Shown one piece after another: positions 1 through 9,575 of a stretch of DNA of 64,000 nucleotides (position 1 is the stretch's first letter; each line of letters starts with the position of its first letter). Where the stretch lies: sequence record DRR378314_1406; one strand, given 5' to 3'. The notes beneath the pieces are model-generated. The model did no database searches and was not told where the DNA came from. It saw only the letters and a list, made by a program, of their open reading frames with translations. A program made the translations under genes and the position numbers.

Positions 1-28
1 GGTGATGCGGGGACTTGCCCCTAACTTT

Positions 29-52
29 GGCTCCCTTTCGGAGCCTTTTTTC
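29..52 (+). terminator. Rho-independent terminator
   Basis: GGCTCC-CTTTC-GGAGCC hairpin followed by a T run. Confidence 0.6.
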
Positions 53-413
53 TTGGTTTTGGTCTAGAGTTATTACAAGCCTGCATCACCGGCGATAGGT
101 CGATATATCGGGTTACTGCAATTGCGATTGTTTCGAGGGTCTGCTGATATTGCCCCATCTGACAGCCGGTTCAAGGACCGAACAGAAAAAGCAATGCCGC
201 CAGAAAACGGACATCACAGACAGCAGGTCCAGCCAAGGTCGATAATCCTTCGCGTTTCGAGCTGACGGTGGTACCGTCTGAGGGTTGGTCCCCTCAATTT
301 CCTGGATGCGTGTCCCCCAGGGGGATGTCTCCCCCGACTTCTTGCAAGATTGAAGCAAATGGGGCTGCATCATCCGCTTTTCAAGAGTTAAATGAGAAAA
401 AGGTTATAAAGTA

Positions 414-1529
414 TTATTTATTATCGGGTTGAGCGGCATTTCGGGGGTTTTTTAGCGGATCCAGCCGTTTCATCCCGCCAATGGGCAGGGTGACAAAAGC
501 ATCTTCGGACAAACCGGCGTCCTTGACCGCTTTTTTAAGCAGGATCGGCGGATCGGTGACAACTTCGCTGGTGAGCACAAAGGTTCCCCAGTGAATACCT
601 ATGGAGGAGTGAGAGCGGATATCCTGATGGATCTGCACCGCTTCAGTGGGATTGACATGGGATTTTTTCATGAACCAGCGCGGCTCATAGGCGCCCACAG
701 GTATGAAGGAGAGGTTGAACGGGCCGAGGCGGTCCCCGATTTCCTTGAACTGAACGTCGTTATAACCTGTATCCCCACCGAACCAGAGATTAACATCGGC
801 CTTGGGAAACTGAATGGCCCAGGAGCCCCACAAAGTTTCAAACCGGTCAAACAGCCCGCGACCGGACCAATGCTGGGTCGGGGTGAGGGTCAGAGTTACA
901 TCGCGGATTTCAGATTTCTGCCACCAGTCCAATTCGGTGACATTGCTGACCCCGTGGGAGCTTAGCAAGGCCTTGTTGCCCAGCGGCACCAGCCAATGAG
1001 CACTGTTGCCGATGGCGGTGATGGTGTCTTCATCCATATGGTCATAATGATTGTGACTGATCACAATGGCATCGATCTTGGGCAGGTCGGCCAGCGTGAT
1101 GGCAGGGTCTGTGTAGCGCCGAGGCCCGGCAAATGACAGGGGTGAGGCGCGATCGGAAAACATCGGATCGGTTAAGATGGTCAGACCGTCATATTGAATA
1201 AGCAGGGTGGAGTGTCCAATCCAGGTGACCTGCAGCAAATCAGGGGGCGGCGATTGCAACTGTGCCAGGTCGACTGGTTGCCTGGGAATGGGGGACGCGC
1301 GGCGCAGTTCATCTTCATCGGGCCAGTTTTCAGCAAAGCGGACTTTGAAAAGGAAATCAAAGAAACCGGATTTGCGGGTATCATCAAGATAGAGGTTGCG
1401 AAAGCCGGTTGGTGTATGATGTGCCTTGGGCGCAGTGGGATCAAAATCGATCGTTTGGGGGGTGCCTGAACAGGCACTCAGCAGAATAATCAGCCAAACG
1501 GCACTCCGCGATAGAATCTTCATCACCAT
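414..1529 (-). CDS. MBL-fold metallo-hydrolase, NAPE-PLD/RomA-like lipoprotein
   Basis: Lipobox LSAC; TWIGHST, TDPMFS, SHNHYDH (HxHxDH), QHWSGR, GGDTGY and IHWGTF motifs. Confidence 0.85.
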   Translation of the reverse strand: MVMKILSRSAVWLIILLSACSGTPQTIDFDPTAPKAHHTPTGFRNLYLDDTRKSGFFDFLFKVRFAENWPDEDELRRASPIPRQPVDLAQLQSPPPDLLQVTWIGHSTLLIQYDGLTILTDPMFSDRASPLSFAGPRRYTDPAITLADLPKIDAIVISHNHYDHMDEDTITAIGNSAHWLVPLGNKALLSSHGVSNVTELDWWQKSEIRDVTLTLTPTQHWSGRGLFDRFETLWGSWAIQFPKADVNLWFGGDTGYNDVQFKEIGDRLGPFNLSFIPVGAYEPRWFMKKSHVNPTEAVQIHQDIRSHSSIGIHWGTFVLTSEVVTDPPILLKKAVKDAGLSEDAFVTLPIGGMKRLDPLKNPRNAAQPDNK

Positions 1530-1728
1530 ACTCCCATTCCAGGGGGCTGATTGAAGCCCGAAAATAGCGTTTCTGACAAGAACAAAGCATCACATATGGA
1601 TTTTTTTTTACTTTTTTTAGATCCCAAAGGCAGCAGTAATCAAGGCTTTGGGCAGACGGAAAACATTTGAATAAAATTGTATTTTTATTTTTACCAGTTT
1701 TTGGGAAAACGCCCCGTATAACTCCTCC

Positions 1729-1890
1729 CAGTTGAGTAAACAGTAGCGTAAAAGAGTTGCTTAATCAGTTCGCGTTTTCTGCATACCGGTATGCCATTCA
1801 GTTGCATAAACAGTAGCGCGTTTGTTGTGTAAATAGTCGTGTTTTGAAGTTGTGTAACCAGTATCCCACCAGTTGTGTATGGCGTTGATT
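1729..1890. repeat. Degenerate tandem array of ~23-bp units, consensus GTTGnnTAAACAGTAGCG
   Basis: Units start near 1731, 1756, 1778 (weak), 1801, 1824, 1849 and 1872; the 20-mers at 1729 and 1799 differ at only 2 positions. Confidence 0.6.
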
Positions 1891-2068
1891 TCGTTGCGTG
1901 ATATGTAAGATTTTCTGAATTTTTTTCGTTTCTTAACGTTTAGCTTACGACTTTGGACATAGTTTTGACGGTGATGGGTGTCTGTAAGGATCACAGCTAA
2001 GCGCACTTACCATGTTGAGTGCCGGAGTAAAGTGCAGGCAAAAACAGTTTGATTGAGTTGAGTGCAGT

Positions 2069-4156
2069 ATGATTGAAGTTCTTTCCTGCTTGGCGTATGA
2101 GCATAATTATTACTTCGTTGCCTTAGCGGTCCTTGTTTGTGGCGTTGGCGCCACTGTGACCATGCGGCTTTACAGCCGTACCCGCTTCAGCGAAGGCAGT
2201 AAGAAATTTCATTGGATCTTTATTTCCGGCGTTACAGGTGGCAGCACCATCTGGACAACGCATTTTATTGCCATGATCGGCTTTAATCCGCCGCTTTATC
2301 ACGGGTATGAACCCATGATGACAGCGGCTTCGCTATTTCTTTCCGTTGCCGTCTGCATGTTCGGGTTTGCAATCTCATCCTGGACCCGCAAAAGCATCAT
2401 GATCGAAATTGGCGGTGCCATTGTCGGTCTTGGAATTGCGGCCATGCATTATTTGGGAATGCAGGCCTTTTTGGTGGCGGGAAAGATTAATTGGGATCCA
2501 GATCTGGTTGCCTGGTCAATCATTTTGGGAATAGCATTCGGCAGCCTTGCTTTTAATCGGGTTGCCCGGCCGCTCACACGATATTGTAAATTTTTCGGTC
2601 CTATCAGTTTGATTGTTGCCATCGCCACCATGCATTTTACCGGTATGGGCGCGATTCAAATAGTGCCAGATCCAACCATTTTTGTTCCGCAGAGTACATT
2701 TTCTGATAGTACGCTGGCATTTGGTGTCCTGGGATTGATGGCATTGGTTCTGGGATCCGGTTTTTCCATCAATATTCTGGACAATAAAGCCAAAGCGGAA
2801 AATGAAGAATATTTTCACCATTTATCCCATCACGACGCGCTGACAGGACTGCCAAACTACGAATTTCTCCTGCAGACCCACAAATCCAAGCTGATGCTGT
2901 CCGAGGAAAACGGATTGAAGCTGGCCTTGTTGATGATCGAACTGGACGGGCTTTGGGAGATCCGCAATGTGCATGGGCAGGCCGTCAGTGATTCTGTCCT
3001 GAAAATCATGGCCAGCCGGCTGACCGATATTATCGATGACAATTATTATCTGGCCAAAGGTCGCGGCGACAGCCTGCTGGTGGCGATGACCAATGTCAGC
3101 ACCAAAAAACAGGTGATGAGTTTCGTTAATCGCATGGAAGAGGAGTTTAATCGCCCTTATCAAGCGAACGATCGGGAATTTACGGTCGATTTCCGGTGCG
3201 GCGTTGCCTTGCACCCCATGTCGAACCACACCCACCAGGAATTACAGTTCCAGGCGGAGCTGGCGCTTGGTCGGGCCGAGCAGGCCAAAACCCGGAAAAT
3301 CGTTTTCTACGAGCCGGCAATCGATGAAAATAATCGCAGTCGCAGCATTCTCTCTATGGATCTGCGTCATGCTATCGAGCGCAATGAGCTGGAACTTTTC
3401 TATCAGCCGCAAATTGATGTGGCGAGCGGCAATCTGATTGGGTTTGAGGTTCTGCTGCGCTGGCACCACCCTGAACGCGGCATGGTCCCACCGGATCAGT
3501 TTATTCCCATTGCCGAGGAAACCGGCCTGATTGTGCCGATCGGCGAATGGGTGTTGCGCAACGCCTGTGAAGCTGCCAGCAAATGGGCCAATCCTTATAA
3601 GGTTGCGGTCAATGTGGCGACGGCGCAATTGGCTTCCAATGATCTGCCGATCATGATTTTGGATATATTGAGCAAAACCGGACTTGAATCCCGCCGTCTT
3701 GAGCTGGAAATCACAGAAACCAGTATTATTGATGATCATCATCATACGCTGAATATCGTGCGGCAACTGAAACAGATTGGCATTTCCATTGCCATGGATG
3801 ATTTTGGAACCGGCTATTCATCACTGTCCATGCTGCAGACTTTCCCGTTTGACAAGATTAAGATCGACCGGTCTTTCATTAGTGGGGTTTCCGCCAGTGA
3901 GCAATCCTCTGCCATTGCCCGCGCGACAATTGTTCTGGCCCATGGTTTGAACATGAAAGCCCTGGCCGAAGGGGTGGAAGATGAGGATGATCTGGCCTTC
4001 TTACGTCAATATGGCTGTCAAGAAGCGCAAGGATACTATTTTGGAAAACCGGTACCCCTTAGCGAAATTGATCATATCGTCAATGCGGATCTAAAACAGC
4101 CAGTGACTTCTGAGGTCGGGAATGTTTTCCAACTGAGCACCGCAAGCCGCGCCTAA
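2069..4156 (+). CDS. MHYT-GGDEF-EAL c-di-GMP phosphodiesterase (degenerate GGDEF)
   Basis: Membrane N-terminus with THFIAM/MHYLGM/MHFTGM; HDALTGLPN; GGDEF replaced by RGDSL; EVLLRW, DDFGTGYSSL and KIDRSF intact. Confidence 0.9.
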   Translation: MIEVLSCLAYEHNYYFVALAVLVCGVGATVTMRLYSRTRFSEGSKKFHWIFISGVTGGSTIWTTHFIAMIGFNPPLYHGYEPMMTAASLFLSVAVCMFGFAISSWTRKSIMIEIGGAIVGLGIAAMHYLGMQAFLVAGKINWDPDLVAWSIILGIAFGSLAFNRVARPLTRYCKFFGPISLIVAIATMHFTGMGAIQIVPDPTIFVPQSTFSDSTLAFGVLGLMALVLGSGFSINILDNKAKAENEEYFHHLSHHDALTGLPNYEFLLQTHKSKLMLSEENGLKLALLMIELDGLWEIRNVHGQAVSDSVLKIMASRLTDIIDDNYYLAKGRGDSLLVAMTNVSTKKQVMSFVNRMEEEFNRPYQANDREFTVDFRCGVALHPMSNHTHQELQFQAELALGRAEQAKTRKIVFYEPAIDENNRSRSILSMDLRHAIERNELELFYQPQIDVASGNLIGFEVLLRWHHPERGMVPPDQFIPIAEETGLIVPIGEWVLRNACEAASKWANPYKVAVNVATAQLASNDLPIMILDILSKTGLESRRLELEITETSIIDDHHHTLNIVRQLKQIGISIAMDDFGTGYSSLSMLQTFPFDKIKIDRSFISGVSASEQSSAIARATIVLAHGLNMKALAEGVEDEDDLAFLRQYGCQEAQGYYFGKPVPLSEIDHIVNADLKQPVTSEVGNVFQLSTASRA

Positions 4157-4282
4157 GGTTCATTCAGGCGGGAAAACCGCCTAAATAACGAGAAACTTCG
4201 TAAGCTGGCCGCCTTTATTGACGCCAAAAGCTGTGATAAGGTTTGACTTATTCGACTGCGGCGCGAGGCGAAGGAAGCGGAC

Positions 4283-5068
4283 ATGAGGGTTTTGTATCTC
4301 TCTCACGGTGGTGGCCCGTTGCCACTTTTGCAAGATCCATCTCATCAGGAGATGGTGGACTGCCTTCGCCAAATAGCCGGACAATTGGAAAAACCCAAAG
4401 CCATTCTGCTGGTCAGCGCCCATTGGGAAGAAGCCGTGCCAACGCTTTTGACCGCAACTGCGCCAGAGCTGTTATATGATTATTACGGATTTCCGCCAGA
4501 AAGTTACGAATTAAGTTATCCAGCGGCGGGTAATCCAGCCCTGGCAGCGGACCTGGAGCATGCGCTTGAGGAGAACGGATTTTCTGTCAAAGCAGATCCC
4601 GAGCGGGGCTTTGATCATGGCGTTTTTGTCCCCTTGAAGCTGATGTATCCGGATGCGGATATCCCGGTTCTGCAACTGTCTTTGCTGTCCAATTTGGATC
4701 CCGAGGATCATATTAAAATGGGAGAGGCGATCAGACAGGTCGATCAGGACGGGTTGCTGGTGATCGGATCAGGCTTTTCTTTTCACAATATGCAGGCGTT
4801 CCAATCTGCACCCAGGAGTGACGGGGCAACCATGAACCAGACATTTGAAGCCTGGCTGATGGAAACCTGCCGCAGCGATCAGATCAGCGAGACGGAACGG
4901 ACAAGCCGGTTTGTCAACTGGCAGGATGCGCCCTACGCCCGGTTCTGCCATCCCAGAGAAGAGCATTTATTACCGCTTCATGTCTGTTATGGCGCCGCGG
5001 GCGGAGCGGCACGCCAAGGATACACCCTGCAGATCCTTGGCGTTCAGTCGAGCATGTATCTGTGGTAA
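4283..5068 (+). CDS. DODA/YgiD-type (LigB family) extradiol ring-cleavage dioxygenase
   Basis: SHGGGP, VSAHWE, YDYYGFP, RGFDHG, GSGFSFHN and HPREEHLLPL motifs. Confidence 0.9.
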   Translation: MRVLYLSHGGGPLPLLQDPSHQEMVDCLRQIAGQLEKPKAILLVSAHWEEAVPTLLTATAPELLYDYYGFPPESYELSYPAAGNPALAADLEHALEENGFSVKADPERGFDHGVFVPLKLMYPDADIPVLQLSLLSNLDPEDHIKMGEAIRQVDQDGLLVIGSGFSFHNMQAFQSAPRSDGATMNQTFEAWLMETCRSDQISETERTSRFVNWQDAPYARFCHPREEHLLPLHVCYGAAGGAARQGYTLQILGVQSSMYLW

Positions 5069-5072
5069 GGCG

Positions 5073-5420
5073 TCAGCTCTCCAGAACGCGCTTTTTATAG
5101 GCCGTCCGGTTCATATCCCGCACATCAATGCTGACGCTGCTAACCGTGGGGAGCTTTTCCGTTAATCGCTCTCTTAGAAGGATAGCGAGTTTTTCTTTAA
5201 TCTCGTCCGTGCGGCCATCTAGCAGGAAGATGGTCACATGCAAAAAGCTTTGTCCCGCCTCAGACAGTTTAAAAAAATCATAGGGACGGGCGCGGACCTT
5301 GATGTCCTTGGCATTCATGATGCCGCTATCCAGGCCAGCCTGAAAGGTGACGTCCATGATTTCACTCATGTCCGCCTGTTGTTCAACGTCGCGCGAATAT
5401 TCAAGCACAAAATGGGGCAT
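5073..5420 (-). CDS. 5-carboxymethyl-2-hydroxymuconate isomerase family (tautomerase superfamily)
   Basis: N-terminal MPHFVLEYS (catalytic Pro1), DIKVRA and LLDGRT. Confidence 0.85.
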   Translation of the reverse strand: MPHFVLEYSRDVEQQADMSEIMDVTFQAGLDSGIMNAKDIKVRARPYDFFKLSEAGQSFLHVTIFLLDGRTDEIKEKLAILLRERLTEKLPTVSSVSIDVRDMNRTAYKKRVLES

Positions 5421-5429
5421 TGGGCCTCC

Positions 5430-6893
5430 TTAAAAGAGTGAGAAATACTCCCGTTCCTCCCATTCGGAAACGGTCGTCAGGTATCGGGTCCATTCTGCCT
5501 GTTTTAACGTGGAAAGGTAACTGACAAAATCTTCACCCAGCTGCTGTGCGTAAAAACTGCCATCCCGGAAGGCATTCAAAGCATCGATCAGGCTGGCGGG
5601 TAGAATTTCCGCGTCCGTATCATAGGGGTTTGTCACAGGCGCCGGCGCTTGCAGATTGCGGTTGATCCCGTCCATGCCACTCAGGATCTGAGATGCAAGA
5701 TAAAGATAAGGGTTGGCCGCAGGTTCGCCAATGCGGTTTTCGATCCGGCTGGCCTGATCGCCGGGACGGGCCAGGCAGCGGATCATGGCGCCCCGGTTAT
5801 CGCGGCCCCACTGGATCCGGTCAGGCGCCAGCGTGAACGGCCGATAGCGTTTATAGCCATTGATGGTGGGCGTCGATAAAAGGCAGCTTTCGCGTGCATG
5901 GGCCAGAATACCAGCGATCCAGTTCAGCCCAAGGTCAGAAATATGCGCGCCGTCCGCAGGCATGAATTTATTTTCCCCGGTTTCAAAATCGACCAGCGAT
6001 TGGTGCAGATGCCAGCCACTGGCCATACTGTCGGCAAAGCGCGGCCGGCACATGAAGGTCGCATGCAGGCCATTGCGCTGACAGACCTGTTTCACCATGG
6101 ACCGAAAAGACACCATATTATCGGCTTGTTGCAGGGCCGGGGCCGGGTCGAACGTCACTTCGCACTGGCTGGGGCCAAACTCCACTTCAAGGGATCGAAC
6201 GGGCAGACCCACACCTTCAGCATTGCGCCGGATGAGGTCAAAAATACCTTCCATCTGATCATAGCGATCTTCTGTAAGATATTGATAGCCTTGGGAAATA
6301 AGGCTTGTTTTGGGCGGTGTTCCGGGCTGTCCGGCGTCACTGAGCCCCATGGGGGCATCTTCCATGTTGAAGACATGAAATTCCACTTCCAGACCGGCAA
6401 TGAATTCCAGCCCCATGGCATTCAGACGCGCTTGCGCTTTTTTAAGGATCGCCCGGGTCGAGAGGCGAACCGGTTCGCCTTCAGCCGTGTAAAGATCGGC
6501 CATCAGCCAGCCGGTATGAGGCGACCAGGGCAGGATGCGAAAGGTTGACGGATCGGGCAGCATCAGAACATCACTGGCGCCGGTCATCTGCCCCGCGCCA
6601 AACCCCGCATCATCGGACCAAACCGGAAAAACCGTCCGGTGAGACGTGTCTTTGAGCAACATGGTGGAGGTCATATTGATGCCGCTTTTAAGGGCCGCCT
6701 CCAAGGCGCTGACAACCACGGTTTTGCCGCGCAGGATGCCATGCTGATCAGGGAAAGAGACCCGGATGACCTCCAGCTTCTGATCAATGGCGGTTTTCAG
6801 GATTGTTTCAACGGCGGCGAACTGGCTGTCATCCCACAGGTCATGCTGACCGGCAAAGCCCCAGTTACTTCCAATCGTGGAAGAATTTGTCAT
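5430..6893 (-). CDS. Glutamine synthetase-like gamma-glutamyl ligase
   Basis: DQHGILRGK, GLEVEF, EFGPSQCE, SGWHLHQSL, DNRGAMIR and RIENR motifs; lies inside a catabolic operon. Confidence 0.85.
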   Translation of the reverse strand: MTNSSTIGSNWGFAGQHDLWDDSQFAAVETILKTAIDQKLEVIRVSFPDQHGILRGKTVVVSALEAALKSGINMTSTMLLKDTSHRTVFPVWSDDAGFGAGQMTGASDVLMLPDPSTFRILPWSPHTGWLMADLYTAEGEPVRLSTRAILKKAQARLNAMGLEFIAGLEVEFHVFNMEDAPMGLSDAGQPGTPPKTSLISQGYQYLTEDRYDQMEGIFDLIRRNAEGVGLPVRSLEVEFGPSQCEVTFDPAPALQQADNMVSFRSMVKQVCQRNGLHATFMCRPRFADSMASGWHLHQSLVDFETGENKFMPADGAHISDLGLNWIAGILAHARESCLLSTPTINGYKRYRPFTLAPDRIQWGRDNRGAMIRCLARPGDQASRIENRIGEPAANPYLYLASQILSGMDGINRNLQAPAPVTNPYDTDAEILPASLIDALNAFRDGSFYAQQLGEDFVSYLSTLKQAEWTRYLTTVSEWEEREYFSLF

Positions 6894-6956
6894 TTCTAGC
6901 TGCTCCCTTTCACGGGAAATGGCGGATTAAGTGACCGCCATTTCAACATATATACC

Positions 6957-8279
6957 TTAAATTTCTGCGTCCCAGCTGCAGGCTTTGCGGCGGGCGTCAT
7001 CGCGATCCTTCCAGCATTTCTGCCAATCGTCACTGGGGCCAATGGCATCAACAGCGACCGGACCCTGAATGGTTTTGGCTTTGTCTTCAGACACCTGCAG
7101 GGGAAGGGTACTGCGATCACCGCCTTCGGCCACCACTTTCATGGCTTTGCGCAGTTTGCGGCGATGCTGCATGATGGCTTTATCGGTGGTCCCCAGATGT
7201 TCGTTCGTGCGGTCCTGAATAGTGCCCATGGACTCGCAGGCCCACTGATCATGCACGTTGATATCCAGCCCCATACCCGTCCAGGTCAGGGTTTCCTGCT
7301 CCTCCCGGTTATAGCCGTAATTGTTGCGTTTATTGCGGATCGGCGCGTAATCGGGAAGGGTATGCTCCTGCAGGCGCTGCTCGCTCATTTTTTCCTTATC
7401 CACCGGCTCCCCATAAGAGGTGAACATGGAGAACCAATAGCAATTTTCATCATCCACCGGGACATGCCACTGGGTGATGTTCATCTCATTGGACATGGGG
7501 ATCGTGATGGCACAGGGGAAAACCTGATTGGTCAGCCGGACATGGCTGCTGCCATTTTGCAGATCACGAAGGGCAATGAGGCGCATGCCGTAATCGGTAT
7601 CTTCGACAATGATTTCCGGCTTATCGAATTCCCGCAGCACCTTGGTCATGGGCATATCCGTATCGGCCGCGGTATCACGAAACTGCTTGCCGTAGCTGTC
7701 TTTTGGATCTTCATCCTGCAAAAAGCGATGCAGGAAGGAGGCATGGGCCGGATCAATACCGACTTCCAGGGCCTGCAGCCAGTTGCATTCCCATAGCCCC
7801 TTGAAGGAGAAAACATGGGTATCAGGCGCCCTGAAGCAGTCAAAATCTGGAAATGCGGGTGGCTCCCCGGTGCCCAGATAGGCAAAGATAATGCCGTTGA
7901 CTTCCTTGAGCGGGTAGCTGTTGATCTTGATTTTTTCAAACATGCGGGAGCCTTCAGGCTCACCCGGTTGATCAACGCACTGACCGGTTTCATCAAATTT
8001 CCAGCCATGGAACGGGCAGCGGATACCGCCTTCTTCCTTGCGTCCAAAACACATATCCGCACCCCGATGAGGGCAATGGCGATCCATCAGGACAAGCGTG
8101 TCCAACTCGTTTCGAAAGAGCGCTAGTTTTTCCCCCAGCAGATTAACCGGAACAACCGGGCGATCGCCTTTCAGCTCGTCACTCAAGGCTGCAGGCATCC
8201 AATATTGACGAAGCAATTCACCACCGGCGGTACCCTTGCCAACCTGTGTGAGTTCGTCATTTTTTTCTTGGCTCATCAT
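6957..8279 (-). CDS. Rieske non-heme iron oxygenase, alpha-only type (phthalate 4,5-dioxygenase/LigX-like)
   Basis: CPHRG...CPFHGW Rieske motif; DPAHASFLH mononuclear Fe motif; no beta subunit adjacent. Confidence 0.9.
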   Translation of the reverse strand: MMSQEKNDELTQVGKGTAGGELLRQYWMPAALSDELKGDRPVVPVNLLGEKLALFRNELDTLVLMDRHCPHRGADMCFGRKEEGGIRCPFHGWKFDETGQCVDQPGEPEGSRMFEKIKINSYPLKEVNGIIFAYLGTGEPPAFPDFDCFRAPDTHVFSFKGLWECNWLQALEVGIDPAHASFLHRFLQDEDPKDSYGKQFRDTAADTDMPMTKVLREFDKPEIIVEDTDYGMRLIALRDLQNGSSHVRLTNQVFPCAITIPMSNEMNITQWHVPVDDENCYWFSMFTSYGEPVDKEKMSEQRLQEHTLPDYAPIRNKRNNYGYNREEQETLTWTGMGLDINVHDQWACESMGTIQDRTNEHLGTTDKAIMQHRRKLRKAMKVVAEGGDRSTLPLQVSEDKAKTIQGPVAVDAIGPSDDWQKCWKDRDDARRKACSWDAEI

Positions 8280-8327
8280 GGTTCTGTTCCTCCAGACTCT
8301 CTATGCTTCAGACTTTTTCGTATGAGT

Positions 8328-9575
8328 TCAAACAAAATTTTTCAGTTTTACGGTCAGATCAGCGGCCGCGTCTTTGGGGACGGCGGCGCGCGCGGTCACC
8401 AGTTTTCGGGCGGCGATATGGTCAATGGCGCGGTTGACGCTATCGACCCGTACGAGGCTTTCACCCTGATAATAAAGGAGGGAGAATTTCCCTTCCTGCA
8501 TGTCGCCGCGAATGACAATGTCGTCAAATTCAAGGGCATCCCCAACCATCTGCAACTTGATGTCCATCTGGTCGGACCAGAACCAGGGAGCCACTTGCGC
8601 GGGGATATCCGCACCGGCCAATCGGGCCGCGATAATCTTGGCCTGATCAACCGCGTTCTGAACGCTTTCGTTGCGCGAATAGCGGCTTGCACCCAACAGT
8701 TTCCAGGCGGCACAGTCACCGGCAGCGGAAATATCCGGGTTTGACGTGAGACAGGTTTCATCGACTAATATGCCGTTGTCGCAATCCAGACCGGCAAGCA
8801 GGCCAAGTCCTTCGGCAACCCGGGCGCCAATGCCAACAACCACCAGATCTGCGGTCACGGTATCGCCAGAGGACAAAGTCGCAATTTTCTGGCCGTTATC
8901 CGCTTCGGAAATTCGGTTGATCCGGGTGTTGAACAGGAAATCTGTGCCATTCTGGGCATGCCGGGTGGTCAGAAATTCGGACATGGTACCGGGAAACAGC
9001 CGGGCAAGGACACGATCTTCAGCCTCGACCACGGTTACGGATTTTCCAAGCTTGGCAGCGGTTGCTGCAACTTCCAGCCCAATAAAGCCGGCCCCGGCGA
9101 TGACCACAGATTTGGCCTGATCAAGGGCGGCTTTCAGGTTGTCCGCATCGGCCAGATCGCGAAGTTTCAGGACCCCTTGCAGATCACCGCCAGGGGCAGG
9201 CAAATCAAGAGCGTTGGCGCCTGTTGCCAGGACCAGATGATCATAGGAAATTGCAGCCGGGATCTTTGGATCTGCGGGGGCACCTTCCAGTGGTGTCAGC
9301 GTGATGCTTTTTTCCGCCGTGGCAATATTCGTCGCCCGAACCCCGCTGAGCAGCGTGATATTTTTTTCCGCATAATAGGCCGGGCTTCGAAGGACCAGAC
9401 CGTTTGCATCGGTTTGCCCCGCCAGATAGGCCTTGGACAGGGGCGGCCGCTGATAGGGGGTTGGCAGTTCCCCATGGATCAGGGTGATCGGCTGATCATA
9501 CCCCAGATCGCGAAGGGAGGCCGCAACCTGAACCCCGGCGTGGGAGGCACCCACAATAACGACACCATGGCTCAT
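8328..9575 (-). CDS. FAD-dependent ferredoxin reductase (putidaredoxin reductase-like)
   Basis: VIVGASHAG, YQRPPLSK, GAGFIGLE, AAGDCA and PWFWSDQ motifs. Confidence 0.9.
   Translation of the reverse strand: MSHGVVIVGASHAGVQVAASLRDLGYDQPITLIHGELPTPYQRPPLSKAYLAGQTDANGLVLRSPAYYAEKNITLLSGVRATNIATAEKSITLTPLEGAPADPKIPAAISYDHLVLATGANALDLPAPGGDLQGVLKLRDLADADNLKAALDQAKSVVIAGAGFIGLEVAATAAKLGKSVTVVEAEDRVLARLFPGTMSEFLTTRHAQNGTDFLFNTRINRISEADNGQKIATLSSGDTVTADLVVVGIGARVAEGLGLLAGLDCDNGILVDETCLTSNPDISAAGDCAAWKLLGASRYSRNESVQNAVDQAKIIAARLAGADIPAQVAPWFWSDQMDIKLQMVGDALEFDDIVIRGDMQEGKFSLLYYQGESLVRVDSVNRAIDHIAARKLVTARAAVPKDAAADLTVKLKNFV

Noticed and set aside
113-373. 86-aa minus-strand ORF
   Set aside because: No recognisable motif or clear RBS, so I cannot support it as a gene.
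1729-1890. Repeat array read as a CRISPR array
   Set aside because: Units are degenerate, separated by only ~4-7 nt, with no spacers and no cas genes in the window.
1761-2006. 81-aa minus-strand ORF over the repeat array
   Set aside because: Low-complexity translation of AT-rich regulatory DNA with no RBS.
5430-6893. Call as housekeeping glnA
   Set aside because: It sits in a catabolic operon with no glnB/ntr context and fits the GS-like gamma-glutamyl ligases better.
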